Assembly (NCBI GenBank): GCA_963765765.1
Contig: CAVXYC010000027.1
Span: 32,001-96,000 of the forward strand
Direction of reading: 5' to 3'
DNA from: an uncultured Chloroflexia bacterium
Lineage (GTDB): Bacteria; Chloroflexota; UBA6077; JACCZL01
DNA length: 64,000 bases
A model generated the notes under the pieces. It was not told the origin of the DNA and did not search any database. It was given only the letters and a program-made list of their open reading frames with translations. Positions 20,177-30,579 of this stretch are shown here, piece after piece. Each line of letters begins with the position of its first letter. Position 1 is the stretch's first letter. The position numbers and the translations under genes were made by a program.

Positions 20177-21265
20177 TCAGGCAGCAGCGCCCACCGGGGT
20201 CAGTTGGTAGAACCGCTCCGCGTTCCCCGCCAGGATCTTCCCTTTCGCTTCCTCGCCCATCTCCTCGTTCTCCAGCAGCTCCTCGATCTCGTGCCGACAC
20301 ATCTGCGCCGTCACTTCGTGCGGGAAGTCCGTGCTGAACAGGAACGCTTCCGCTCCCACCACCCGCGTCGCTTCCGCGATCGCCGGCTCTTCCCCTTCGC
20401 ACCCCACGTACAGCCGCCCTTCGGCGATCTGCCGCTTCATGTACGCGCTCACTCGCTCGCCCTCGCGCAGACGGAAGTGCTCATTGCGCGGGTCGTGCGC
20501 CAGGTGCGTCTCCCAGCTCCGATCGAACCGCTCCAGGCACACCAGGAACCACGCGACGCCACCTTCCAGGTACGCGTAGCGGGCATTCGGAAAGTGGTCG
20601 AAGATCCCGTTGAACAGCATCGCTCCCAGTCCCACCATCTGGCCGAACGGGTGCCCCAGCCCGTGGACCGGCCCGTACACGTTGAAGTGGTCCATCCCGA
20701 AGCCGCTGTGCGCGCCGCCGTGCACCGCCAGCGCGCAGCCCAGCCGATCGGCCACCTCGTACACCGGCCAGTACTCCTTGGCCCCCAGGTGGTTGGGCAG
20801 CCCGGTGCTCGGTAACATGGCTCCCCGCATGCCCAGCTCGGTCACCGCCCGCTCCAGCTCCTCCGCCGCCGCTCGCGGCTCCTGCATCGGAATCAGCGCC
20901 ATGCCGCCAAATCGAGGATCCACCTTCAGATAGGCATCATGGAGCCAGTCGTTGTATGCGCGGCAGGCCACAGCCGCCCACTCATAATCCACCATCTTGC
21001 CGTGCGCCAGGCCGCGCGTCGGATAGAGCACGGTGCTCTCGATGTTGATCTCGGTCAGGAACTCGAGCCACTCGGCAGCGCGGATGAACTTGCCGTTGCC
21101 CGAGGCGCCCGGCAGCATGACGAGCTGCTGGCTATGGAGGTGGTCGAGCGGCGGAAAGTGCCGGTCGGCGTTGTAGTTCCAACGATCCTTCCAGATGTCC
21201 GGAACGAACTTGGAGATCGCCTGCATGTCCTCCATGATGTGGCCATCTGCATCGATGATGCGCAT
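20177..21265 (-). CDS. Amidohydrolase_2 family protein, copy 2
   Basis: IDADGH, FSTDFPH; GGAGG RBS. Confidence 0.92.
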   Translation of the reverse strand: MRIIDADGHIMEDMQAISKFVPDIWKDRWNYNADRHFPPLDHLHSQQLVMLPGASGNGKFIRAAEWLEFLTEINIESTVLYPTRGLAHGKMVDYEWAAVACRAYNDWLHDAYLKVDPRFGGMALIPMQEPRAAAEELERAVTELGMRGAMLPSTGLPNHLGAKEYWPVYEVADRLGCALAVHGGAHSGFGMDHFNVYGPVHGLGHPFGQMVGLGAMLFNGIFDHFPNARYAYLEGGVAWFLVCLERFDRSWETHLAHDPRNEHFRLREGERVSAYMKRQIAEGRLYVGCEGEEPAIAEATRVVGAEAFLFSTDFPHEVTAQMCRHEIEELLENEEMGEEAKGKILAGNAERFYQLTPVGAAA

Positions 21266-21275
21266 GATCCCCTCC

Positions 21276-22374
21276 TTACGCCGGAACCGCGGCAGGGCTC
21301 AGGTTGTAGAAGCGCTGCGCATTTCGGTAGAGCACCGCGTCCTTGGCGTCATCCGAGATGTCCTCGGTCTCCATCAGCTCCTCGATCTCGTGGCGGCACA
21401 TCTCGACGGTGACCTCATGTGGATAGTCGGTGGAGAACACGAACGGCTCCGCGCCGACTTCTCTGATGGCGTACGCGAGCTCGGGCTCTTCGCCTTCGCA
21501 GCCAACGAAGATACGCCCTTCTTTGATATTGCGCTTGATGTACGGCTGACGCTCTCACCGTCGCGCAGGCGAATGAGCTCACCGCTCAGATCATAGTGCT
21601 TGTGCGTCTCGTACGAGCGATCGAAACGCTCAAGGCACATCAGCAGCCACGCAACGCCAGCCTCGAGAAAGCCGAATTTCAGCGTTCGGGAAGTTGTCGC
21701 AGACACCGTTGAAAATCATGTTGCCAAAGGACACCATCTGGCCCAATTGGATGGCCCAGCGCATGCACGGGCGCATAGACGTTGAAATGGTCCATGCCGA
21801 AGCCTTCATGCGCGCCGCCGTGGACGGCCACGCCGCAGCCCAGGCGATCCGCCACCTTGTACACGGGCCAGTATGTCTTCGCGCCAAGCGGGCTCGGGAG
21901 ACCCGTGGACGCGAGCATCGTTCCCGACATAGCCCAGCTCGGTCACCGATCGCTCAAGCTCTTCAGCCGCGGCGGCAGGCTCCTGCATGGGCAGCAGGGC
22001 CATGCCCTTGAATCGCGAGTCGCGCTGAACATACGTCTCGGAAAGCCAGTTGTTGTAGGCCCGGCAGACGGCATTCGCCCAATCGTAGTCAACCATCTTG
22101 CCCACTGAGAGGCCGCGGGTTGGATAGAGAACGGCCGACTCCAGCCCGATCTCGTCCATGAAATTGATCCACTCATCGGGCCTACATGCTTGCCGCCCGC
22201 AAAGGCTCCTGGCAACAGTCGGTCCTGGAAGTTGTGGAGATGGTCGAGTGGCGGGAACATCGCTTCCGCGTTGAATCTCCAGTTCGCCAGGTAATAGTCA
22301 GGGATGTGCTTGGCGATAGCAGGCATATCTTCGAAGATATGCCCATCGCCGTCGATGACGCGCGGAGCGGTCAT
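21276..22374 (-). pseudogene. Amidohydrolase_2 family protein, copy 3, multiple frameshifts
   Basis: IDGDGH, FPPLDHLH, VLYPTRG, FLEAGVAWL fragments in successive frames. Confidence 0.82.
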
Positions 22375-22944
22375 GGGCGAGCCTCCTCGGTTCGATCAGC
22401 GGTCGCTGCAGTGCGCCGCCCAACTACCGAGGATTCTACATGGCACCCAGTTAACTGGTAGCGAGGCTGGCACTTGGGCGGCTCTGTGCGGACGGAGGTT
22501 GCGAGCCTCTCACCATGGCTCTGCGCCAGGAGTTCAGCCCCCTCCCCAGCTGCATCTGCTTCGCGTCGACTTCTGGCCGAGCACATCCAAATCCACCGGA
22601 TATGGTCGTTCCCCTTGCCCTCGGCGGACAGTGGTACAGCAAGGGCTGCCGAGCGCCGCGTGGTCTAACTCTTGCCTCGCGCGGAAATTTGCGCCTACGT
22701 CATTGTTTAGGCAGGGATGCGATCACACTCGAGTCAGGGAGGCAGATGCAAAGACACGAGTAGCAGAGACCGCGGGCATGCAAAACCCGCCCCGTGAATC
22801 GGTAGCTTAGATTTCGGTGATTCAGTAGTTAGAAAGGTGTGCAAGTGTCGGCGCGCTATTTCGCTTTAATTGCGGGCATAGTCTATGTACTCGTCGGACT
22901 CCTGGGCTTCGTGCCCGGGGCAAATCAGGCACCGCCGCCTGACG

Positions 22945-23024
22945 CGCCCCCTGGGAAGGGGCTGGGGTGAGGGAACTGCGCCATCGCAACGTCGCACCCT
23001 CACCCCAACCCCGCCCAGGGGGCG
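22945..23024. repeat. REP-like palindromic element (CCCTCACCCC/GGGGTGAGGG family)
   Basis: cgccccctgggaaggggctggggtgaggg ... ccctcaccccaaccccgcccagggggcg. Confidence 0.7.
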
Positions 23025-23039
23025 AGGGCAGCCCGCTGA

Positions 23040-23673
23040 ACCGATTCGCCAGCGAGCGAAGCTCCCTGACGATCTGCTCGGTGGTGCGGACGCGGCCAAA
23101 TCCGGGGAACACGCGGTCCATAAAGAAGTCATTGACACCTGGCCTGCCGGAGCTACAGGCATCGCGAACAAAGATCTGGTTGAAGTCTCTATCGCGCGCT
23201 GAGTAAGCGGTGCTGGCGATTCCGACCTCAGTGGAGCCTCCACACAGATGATGGTGTCGATCCCGGCGGTCCTCAGACTGAGCTCAAGGTGCGTTCGTGG
23301 AACGTACTCCAGCGATGCTTTTTGATGACGTAGTCTTCGTGGCGCGGATCAAGCTCGTCGATAACCTCGATTTCCCACTCACCCGAATGTGCGGCAGTGC
23401 CAATGGTCTTCGGGCACCCCCCTCTGGATCCGGTTGTCGCGATCTACGATGAGCGAAGCGAAGTCCCGCCCGTCGGGACGGTGATCGGCCTGTGCATAGA
23501 AGACCGATCAGGCCGGCCGCGCGACTTGCATCGAGCAGCTGCTGCATCCGGCCGACGATCCCGGACGGATCCACAGCCGCCTTGGCCTCAGGATTCTTCG
23601 GGTGCAGGTACACGTTTAAGGTATCGAAGAACAGTATCGCCGTCTTAGACGGCTCAATGGGAAACTCGGCCAT
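23040..23673 (-). pseudogene. Isochorismatase/cysteine hydrolase family, frameshifted (3' end approximate)
   Basis: KTAILFFD N-terminus; DNA encodes YVIKKHRWSTF, TAYSARDRDF and VRDACSS in shifted frames. Confidence 0.72.
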
Positions 23674-23692
23674 TGGCACCTCCTGCCTTGAG

Positions 23693-23805
23693 GAATTAGG
23701 AATTAAGAATGCTGAATTAAGAATGAGCCGGTCGAAGCGGGTCATTCAGACGTAAGAATCGGCTACGTCGACGGGGGTCATTCTTCATTCTCAATTCTTC
23801 AATTC
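23693..23805. repeat. Inverted arrays of 7-bp tandem repeats
   Basis: gaattag-gaattaa-gaatgct-gaattaa-gaatgag facing tcattct-tcattct-caattct-tcaattc. Confidence 0.7.
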
Positions 23806-23831
23806 GCCATTTGTCCGTCGACCGCTCGATT

Positions 23832-24657
23832 TTACGCCGCCCCGACTCGCTCCAGGATCGTCTCAGCCATCAACCTCGCCCGAATCGTGTACAGCCGCCA
23901 AAGGTCGGGATCGTGCGGCTTGGGGTCACCGAAGTATCCGAGCGGCGTGACGCGTCGCGCGTGCTCGCCGCCCTTTCGCCAGGCCACAAGATCATCCATG
24001 CCGAGCTCAGTTGGCTCCAGCTTATCCAACGCATCGTAGTTGACGATCTCCGGGAACCAACGCGTCATCATCGCCGTTTCGACCTCGTGCGCATGGACGC
24101 CCAGCTTGCCGCTCATGACGAGACCGGTGTCCTCAGGCATCAAAAAGGTCAGCCAGTAAGGATCCGTTCCGGTCCGCTCCGTGGCGCTTGGCGGTGGGCT
24201 CGTCTTCCACCCAGGCGATGCCATTGTTGCCCTTCGCATGCTGCGCCTGCATGACCTCGATCTGCACTTTCGCATGCCCCGCGTCACCCTGATGATTGAC
24301 GATGAAGACGTTCTGGAAGCCGTCCTCGATCAGCGTGTCAAAGATATCCGTGAGCAGCATGACAGCGGTTTCATGGCGCGTTCGAAAGGTTGCCGGGAAA
24401 CCCTCGGTGACCTTATTGATGCCCCAATAGAATGGCGGCGCAATGAGCGCCTCCCGACCCAGGCGACTCATCTCTCGTCGTGTCAGCTTGGCCAGTAGAT
24501 AGCTACCGTATGTATCCACTCCGATAGGTAAATGCGGCCCGTGCTGCTCGACCACGCCGCTGGGTAGGAGCACGACCGCGCCCCGCGTGGCAGCCTTCAC
24601 TACCTCGGGATAGGTCATGTCGACCATGGTTTCTTCAAAGATCGAGTAACCAGTCAT
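23832..24657 (-). CDS. Creatininase family amidohydrolase, one frameshift near 24230
   Basis: LPSGVVEQHGPHLPIGVD, IVNHQG; downstream frame has GVHAHEVETA and GYFGDP. Confidence 0.82.
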
Positions 24658-24752
24658 GGCTCGCCTCCGTTCTTCCGGCCGACCCGCGCCCCACCGGCCA
24701 GGAGATTCTACGGTGCTGCGGTATCCGTGTCATAGGCTCGGCTCACCGACTG

Positions 24753-25703
24753 CTACGGTTGCCCGGCCGCTCCGTGAGACGGAGGACCGGCGGCTACAAC
24801 GGCACGTAACCACTCCACGAAGCGCGCCGTCAGGGCCGACGGCTCCCGCCCGGACGCGGTGACGATCCCAAAACCCGCTGAGGCTCGAGAAGACGTGAGC
24901 CGGAGGACAGTGAGCGGCTGAAGGTCGGATTCGAGCGTGTAGGATGGAAGGAATGCTCCGAGGATTCCCATGCCGGCGCGAGCTGCTAATACTCGAGCCT
25001 GGATGCCATCGATCTCGATTGCTATTCGCGGCTGACTCAGGCCCGACCGGCGCAGCAACCCGGCATACGCGGTCCACTCCGCACTCTCCTGAGGGGCGGT
25101 GATCAGACCCGCGGCAGCAACCTCGTCCGGATCCACAGACTCCTGGCAGGCAAGGGGATGTTCTGGGGCCGCGAGAAATACGAAATCAGCCTGGTGGAGC
25201 GGTTCGTACCGAACTCCCGCTGGCAGGTGGATATCCAGCACGTAGGCGAGGTCGATATCGCGCTGCGCCACAAGGCCCGCAAGCTGGTAGCTGTGTCCAT
25301 ACTGGACGGAGAATCTAACATCGGGATGACGTTCCCTGAATGGGCCAATAACGCGTGCAAAGAAATATGCCTGCTCGAAATTGATGCTCGCGCCCATCCG
25401 CAAGGAGCCCGCCTGGGCGGTGAGAAGCTTGTGGACCGCATCGTCAAGCTCGTCGAGCTCGCGCAGGATCGACTTCGCGGACGCATAGACCACCTCGCCC
25501 TCAGCAGTCAGCTCAACGCGCCGATTCTGGTAGATCACCAGCTTCGTTCCAAACGCCCGTTCGAGCGCTCGAATATGGAAGGAGACCGACGGCTGACTGA
25601 GCTGGAGCTGACCGGCGGCAGCGGAAAACCCCTGTTGCTCCACAACCGTGACGAACACCAGCAGGCGGAATGCGCTCAGCTCAGAGCTTGATCTCAGGAG
25701 CAT
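24753..25703 (-). CDS. LysR-family transcriptional regulator
   Basis: FSAAAGQLQLSQPSVSFHIRALE HTH followed by a LysR substrate domain. Confidence 0.92.
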   Translation of the reverse strand: MLLRSSSELSAFRLLVFVTVVEQQGFSAAAGQLQLSQPSVSFHIRALERAFGTKLVIYQNRRVELTAEGEVVYASAKSILRELDELDDAVHKLLTAQAGSLRMGASINFEQAYFFARVIGPFRERHPDVRFSVQYGHSYQLAGLVAQRDIDLAYVLDIHLPAGVRYEPLHQADFVFLAAPEHPLACQESVDPDEVAAAGLITAPQESAEWTAYAGLLRRSGLSQPRIAIEIDGIQARVLAARAGMGILGAFLPSYTLESDLQPLTVLRLTSSRASAGFGIVTASGREPSALTARFVEWLRAVVAAGPPSHGAAGQP

Positions 25704-25804
25704 CGATCAAAAATCTCTATCGCACTATAACCTGCCATCACTCGCGCTTATAAGTAAGCGCGGGCTATGCTTCAGGGTACGTACTCTGTGAGCAGGAGAG
25801 TGTC

Positions 25805-26695
25805 ATGTCGAAGTTCCGAATTCAGCCGCACGGTCGGCTGCAGGAATGGGTGGCCAGAGAAAAGGGGTACTTCGAGGACGAGGGTCTGGACTATGAGTTC
25901 GTCTTTGGACGAGACGACGGGCTACATGAGCCAGCCTCAACAGTTCAATCGACGGAACAAGCTCCGGCTGAGGTCAAAAGGGGCGCATTTGAGTCTATGG
26001 AGGCCGGCCGCGCTGCCGAAGTGAGTAGCGCCTGCCACTGGATGGTCAATATGGCCGCCTCGGCGCAACACGGCGTGATGTGGGGCCACGGTTACACAGT
26101 GAGCCCATGCGGCATCTTTGTTCCGGGCGATTCTCCGATTAAGACTCCTGAGGATCTGGCCAACGTCGAGATCGGCGTCGGCTATCACTCGGGCAGTCAC
26201 TTCACCACCATGCAAGCATTGCAGCCGATCCTGAAGCCCGACGACATTAAGCTGCGCTTCATCGGCGGCCCGGCCGATCGTATCCACATGCTGGACGAGC
26301 ATCGCATCGAGGCCGCCACGGTCTTCGGCATGCAGTACTACATTGCCGAGCAGATCGGCTGTCGGCGCATCGTGGACACGACGTTCATGATCGGATTCCT
26401 GGCACCAGTCGATGTGGATGCCGATGATCTGGCGAAATACTTCCGCGCCCTTCAGCATGCCCAGCGTGACATCGACCTTGCTCCGGAGAAGTACAAGCAC
26501 TACTTCCTGGAGGAGCTCGAGCCGAGCTGGCACGGCCGGGTCGACGTTCGAGCGTTTGGTACGGGCGAGCGGTATGTGGCGGAGGATTACACCCGCGAGA
26601 TGTACGAAGCGACCCACGACTTTACGCTCAGCCTTAACACCATCGGACCGGACCAGCTCGGAGCAAGCCGGTTCGATGAGGCAATCCTGGTCTAG
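25805..26695 (+). CDS. NMT1/THI5/SsuA-like substrate-binding-fold protein
   Basis: WVAREKGYFEDEGLD and SPIKTPEDL motifs; divergent from lysR; no obvious signal peptide. Confidence 0.75.
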   Translation: MSKFRIQPHGRLQEWVAREKGYFEDEGLDYEFVFGRDDGLHEPASTVQSTEQAPAEVKRGAFESMEAGRAAEVSSACHWMVNMAASAQHGVMWGHGYTVSPCGIFVPGDSPIKTPEDLANVEIGVGYHSGSHFTTMQALQPILKPDDIKLRFIGGPADRIHMLDEHRIEAATVFGMQYYIAEQIGCRRIVDTTFMIGFLAPVDVDADDLAKYFRALQHAQRDIDLAPEKYKHYFLEELEPSWHGRVDVRAFGTGERYVAEDYTREMYEATHDFTLSLNTIGPDQLGASRFDEAILV

Positions 26696-26716
26696 TGCCT
26701 CGTCCGCGGGGTTCTT

Positions 26717-26848
26717 CGGTGGGACAGGCAGAGACGCCCGATATACGGATTAGTTAAGGACCGGAGATGCCCGTTAAGCGGTGGGACAGTCGTCTGACTG
26801 TCCCACCGCTCAACTAAACCGTTTTGCGCGGAGACGCCTATCCCACCA
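26717..26848. repeat. REP-like cluster (GGTGGGACAG family) including a strong hairpin at 26777-26810
   Basis: ggtgggacaggcagagacgcc; gcggtgggacagtc-gtct-gactgtcccaccgc; gagacgcctatcccacc. Confidence 0.6.
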
Positions 26849-26875
26849 ACAAGATAGTCTGAGAGGCAGCCGAGA

Positions 26876-28414
26876 ATGAGCGACGACGGCGCGCGGGCCA
26901 GATGGTTCCATCAGGAGACCAAGCATTCGCTCGAGAGCGTCCGCGCAAATCAACATCGGCTCATTTGGGAGAATCAGCCGCGGCCTTTCAAGCTCTATAC
27001 GGATGCTGAGTCCGTTGCGCTCGCTGACCTAGCGCCGGATTCCAGAATACACGCTCTGGATGCACTCTCGAATCCATTTCCCGCCGACGCTCCGTCCAGC
27101 CCGCTCACCACATCTCTTTTGAGCTCGCTACTGCACTACTCCGCCGGCATCACTAAGACAATCAACCACTTCGGTCAGGCAATGCAATTCCGCGCCGCCG
27201 CGTGCACCGGCGCGCTCTATCACGTTGACGTGTACGCGGTGACCGGTGAGCTCAACGGCCTCGACGCCGGCGTCTACCAGTTTGGCCCGCAGGATGGTCA
27301 GCTACGCCGCCTTCGCTCGGGTGACTTCCGATCGGCGCTGATCGAGGCGTGCGGAGGGCAAGAGCATGCGCGCAGATCGGACGCGATGCTGGTGCTTTCA
27401 ACAACGTTCTGGCGAAACTCGTGGAAGTACCAGGCCCGCGCCTATCGGCATGCATTCTGGGACTCGGGAACGATGGTGGCCAATACCTTGGGCGTTGCAC
27501 GAGCCCACGACCTGAGAGCCAGCGTCGTACTTGGCTTCAATGACGACGCTGTCAACGCACTGCTCGGTCTCGATGCTGAGCGCGAAGTCGCCATTGCGCT
27601 CGTCGCTCTCGGGGAATCATCGACACAGGCACCGCCATCGCCATCGGTTGAGCCGATCTCATTGGAAACTGTGCCCTACTCCGCCTACGAGGTTCCTGAG
27701 CCACTCATTCTCGACACGCATCGCGCTACAAGTTTGAGTGACAACGCCGACGTCGCGGCTTGGCGTACGCGGGCAACCCTCGTCAGCTCCTCCAGTCGCC
27801 CGTCGCAAGAGTCCGTTCCGTTGTCAGAAGACGCATCAAGACCAATCGAGGACGTCATCCGTCGTCGAGGGTCTGCGCGGCGATTTCAGCGATCGCCAAT
27901 TTCGATGGACCACCTAGATGCGCTGCTTTACGCATCTACGCAAGGTATTCCGTGCGATGTACTTGGCGCATCGACTTCGGAGACCACTTCGCTCTATCTC
28001 ATTGCGAACGCGGTCTCCGGGATGAGTCCGGGCGCATACGTATACACGCCAGCCACACATTCACTGGAAACGCTACGAACTGGAGACGCTCGATCACAGG
28101 CGGGCTATCTTGATCTGGGTCAGGAGCTTGCCGCTGACGCCGCGTTGAACGTTTACGTTCTCTCTGATCTCGAACGAGTATTCGCAACTATGGGAGATCG
28201 AGGCTATCGAGTCGCGCATCTAGAGGCGAGCATCATCAGTGGCAAACTGTATCTTGCAAGCTACGCGCTCAACCTCGCCGCGACCGGGTTGACCTTTTTC
28301 GATGACGACGTGATTCAATTCTTTAGCCCCCACGCCGACGGCAAGAGCGTCATGTTCCTGACGGCGATAGGAAATCGGGCGCCAAGCCAGGCTGGACCTG
28401 GAATCGAACGGTAA
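26876..28414 (+). CDS. SagB/ThcOx-like FMN nitroreductase-fold protein with tandem domains
   Basis: RAAACTGALY, WKYQARAYR...DSG, IRRRGSARRF, GDRGYR, GLTFFDD. Confidence 0.88.
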   Translation: MSDDGARARWFHQETKHSLESVRANQHRLIWENQPRPFKLYTDAESVALADLAPDSRIHALDALSNPFPADAPSSPLTTSLLSSLLHYSAGITKTINHFGQAMQFRAAACTGALYHVDVYAVTGELNGLDAGVYQFGPQDGQLRRLRSGDFRSALIEACGGQEHARRSDAMLVLSTTFWRNSWKYQARAYRHAFWDSGTMVANTLGVARAHDLRASVVLGFNDDAVNALLGLDAEREVAIALVALGESSTQAPPSPSVEPISLETVPYSAYEVPEPLILDTHRATSLSDNADVAAWRTRATLVSSSSRPSQESVPLSEDASRPIEDVIRRRGSARRFQRSPISMDHLDALLYASTQGIPCDVLGASTSETTSLYLIANAVSGMSPGAYVYTPATHSLETLRTGDARSQAGYLDLGQELAADAALNVYVLSDLERVFATMGDRGYRVAHLEASIISGKLYLASYALNLAATGLTFFDDDVIQFFSPHADGKSVMFLTAIGNRAPSQAGPGIER

Positions 28415-28445
28415 CTAGAGCCAAGATCGTCAAGCCTTCAGACCA

Positions 28446-28480
28446 CAAAGGGCGGGGATCAACCGATCCCCGCCCTTTTG
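28446..28480. terminator. Bidirectional intrinsic terminator
   Basis: caaagggcggggatc-aacc-gatccccgcccttttg between convergent genes. Confidence 0.8.
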
Positions 28481-28497
28481 ATCTGGCGTATTCAGAA

Positions 28498-29563
28498 TCA
28501 GGTCGCGGCAGCCTCGCTCACAGCGGAACCGGTAGAGGAGCCATTTGCGGTCCCACGGGCTGACCCCGCGGTCTCCATCGAGAGTGGCTTTCCGTACAGG
28601 TGACACGCCACCCAATGACCCGGAGTCGCCTCGAGGTTAATGGGCACTTGCTGTGAGCAAATCTCCATAGCTTCTGGGCAGCGGGGGTGGAAACGACAGC
28701 CACTTGGCGGATTAATGGGACTGGGCACTTCGCCGGGAAGTATGATCTCTTCGCGCTTGACGTCCGGGTTCCGCCGGCAGTGCAGCCGAGAACAGCGCAC
28801 GCGTGTAGGGATGGAGCGTATGCTCGTAGAGCTCTTCCGTTTCAGCCTTCTCCACGATCTGACCGAGATACATCACGGCTACGTTGGTGGCCAGATAGCG
28901 GACCGTGGCCAGGTTATGCGCAACGAGCAAAAACGTCGTTCCAAAATCGTCCTGAAGAGCCTTCAACAAATTCATGATTTGCGCCTGGACCGAGACGTCC
29001 AGGGCGGACACTGGCTCATCGAGTACAACGAGTTTGGGATTCGAGATCAGCGCTCCTGCCAGAGCCACGCGCTGGCGCTGACCGCCACTGAACTCATGGG
29101 GGTACAGCCCTGCCTGCTGCGGTCTGAGACCGACGCGAGCGAGCATCGCCTGTACGCGCTCATCAACCTCCTTGGCCGATAACCGCTCGTTGACAGTGAT
29201 CGTTTCGGAGATGATCTCGCGAACCCGCATGCGAGGATCAAGCGAGCTCCACGGGTCCTGAAACACCGCCTGAACGTCCGTGTGGAATTCACGCAGCTCG
29301 TTGCTACTTAGCTTGTGGACGTCTTTGTCGTCCAGGTAAATGTGGCCCTCGGTTGGACGCTCCAGCCGGAGGATGAGCTTGGACGTCGTGGTCTTGCCGC
29401 ATCCCGACTCACCGACAAGCGAAAGCGTCTCTCCGCGGTTGATCTCAAAGCTGATGTCGTCTACGGCCTGAACATGACCAACCACACGCTGGATGATCAA
29501 GCCCTTGGTTACGGGAAAATACTTCTTGAGATGGTCAACTTTTACTAACGCGTCGCTGGCCAT
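28498..29563 (-). CDS. Oligopeptide/dipeptide ABC ATPase (OppF/DppF-like), frameshift near 28780
   Basis: [27 protein letters not shown]; the C-terminal [19 protein letters not shown] is in a second frame. Confidence 0.9.
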
Positions 29564-30576
29564 ACGTCTTCCTGTCTCCAGCAAATCACCTCGTGACCGG
29601 TCGGAGAAGTGTAGGTGGGTGGATATTCCGCCCGGCAGCGGTCATCAGCGTATTGGCAGCGCGGAGCAAATCGGCACCCCTCAGGCAGATCAAATAGGGC
29701 TGGTGGCTGTCCCTCGATCGAATACAACCGGTCAACTTTTTGATCCATCTTGGGAACTGAGGCGAGAAGCGCCTGAGTGTACGGATGCGTGGGCGAGTGG
29801 AACAGCTCGCGGACCGTTCCATGCTCCACGATGCGTCCCGCGTACATGACGACCGCGCGATCACACATCTTCGCCACCACACCCATATCGTGCGTAATGA
29901 AGATGATCGAGACGCCCATCTCCTCCTGCACACGCTTGAGCAAGCGAAGGTACTGGGCCTGGATCGTCACATCCAGCGCAGTGGTCGGCTCGTCAGCAAT
30001 GAGCACGCGCGGTCGACTCAGCAAAGCAGTCGCGCCGACGACACGCTGCTTCATACCGCCGCTCATTTCATGTGGATACGCGCTCATCCGCCGCTCGGGG
30101 TCAGCCACACGCACCTGGCGAAGGGCATCCACCGCGCGCCCCCACAGCGACTTTCGAGACTCCGACTTCTTCTGATGCGCCATCAGCGTCTCAATGAGCT
30201 GATCGCCAACGGTGAAAAGTGGGTCGAGCGAGGTTTGAGGATCTTGAAGGATCATCGAGATCTTTTTCCCCCGCGCATCGCGCATCTCTGTCTCACTGAG
30301 CTTCAGCAAGTCAACGCCGTCCAGCAGGATCTCGCCACTCACGGTCCGTGCGGCCGGCTTCGGAGCCAAGCGAAGCAACGACAGCGCGGTCATGCTTTTC
30401 CCGCAGCCCGACTCTCCAACGATGCCAAGCGTCTCTCCCTCACGGACCTGAAAGCTGACGCCGTCCACCGCCTTGGTGACACCCCAGCGGGTGTAGAGAT
30501 AGGTCCGGAGGTCGCGGACGTCGAGTACAACGTCCCTCACCTTTTTCTCTTGTACTGATTCCTGAGCGAGAACCAT
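29545..30576 (-). CDS. Oligopeptide/dipeptide ABC ATPase (OppD/DppD-like)
   Basis: GESGCGKS, YPHEMSGGMKQR, ADEPTTALD, GCRFAPRC. Confidence 0.93.
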   Translation of the reverse strand: MVLAQESVQEKKVRDVVLDVRDLRTYLYTRWGVTKAVDGVSFQVREGETLGIVGESGCGKSMTALSLLRLAPKPAARTVSGEILLDGVDLLKLSETEMRDARGKKISMILQDPQTSLDPLFTVGDQLIETLMAHQKKSESRKSLWGRAVDALRQVRVADPERRMSAYPHEMSGGMKQRVVGATALLSRPRVLIADEPTTALDVTIQAQYLRLLKRVQEEMGVSIIFITHDMGVVAKMCDRAVVMYAGRIVEHGTVRELFHSPTHPYTQALLASVPKMDQKVDRLYSIEGQPPALFDLPEGCRFAPRCQYADDRCRAEYPPTYTSPTGHEVICWRQEDVWPATR

Positions 30577-30579
30577 GTC

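Noticed and set aside
23832-24657. Mycofactocin peptidase MftE
   Set aside because: No mftA/B/C/D in the neighbourhood; only family-level creatininase motifs are seen.
26876-28414. RiPP (azole) biosynthetic cluster based on the SagB-like gene, creatininase and HFCD flavoprotein
   Set aside because: No YcaO, radical SAM, LanB/C or Cys/Ser-rich precursor nearby, and the three genes are scattered.
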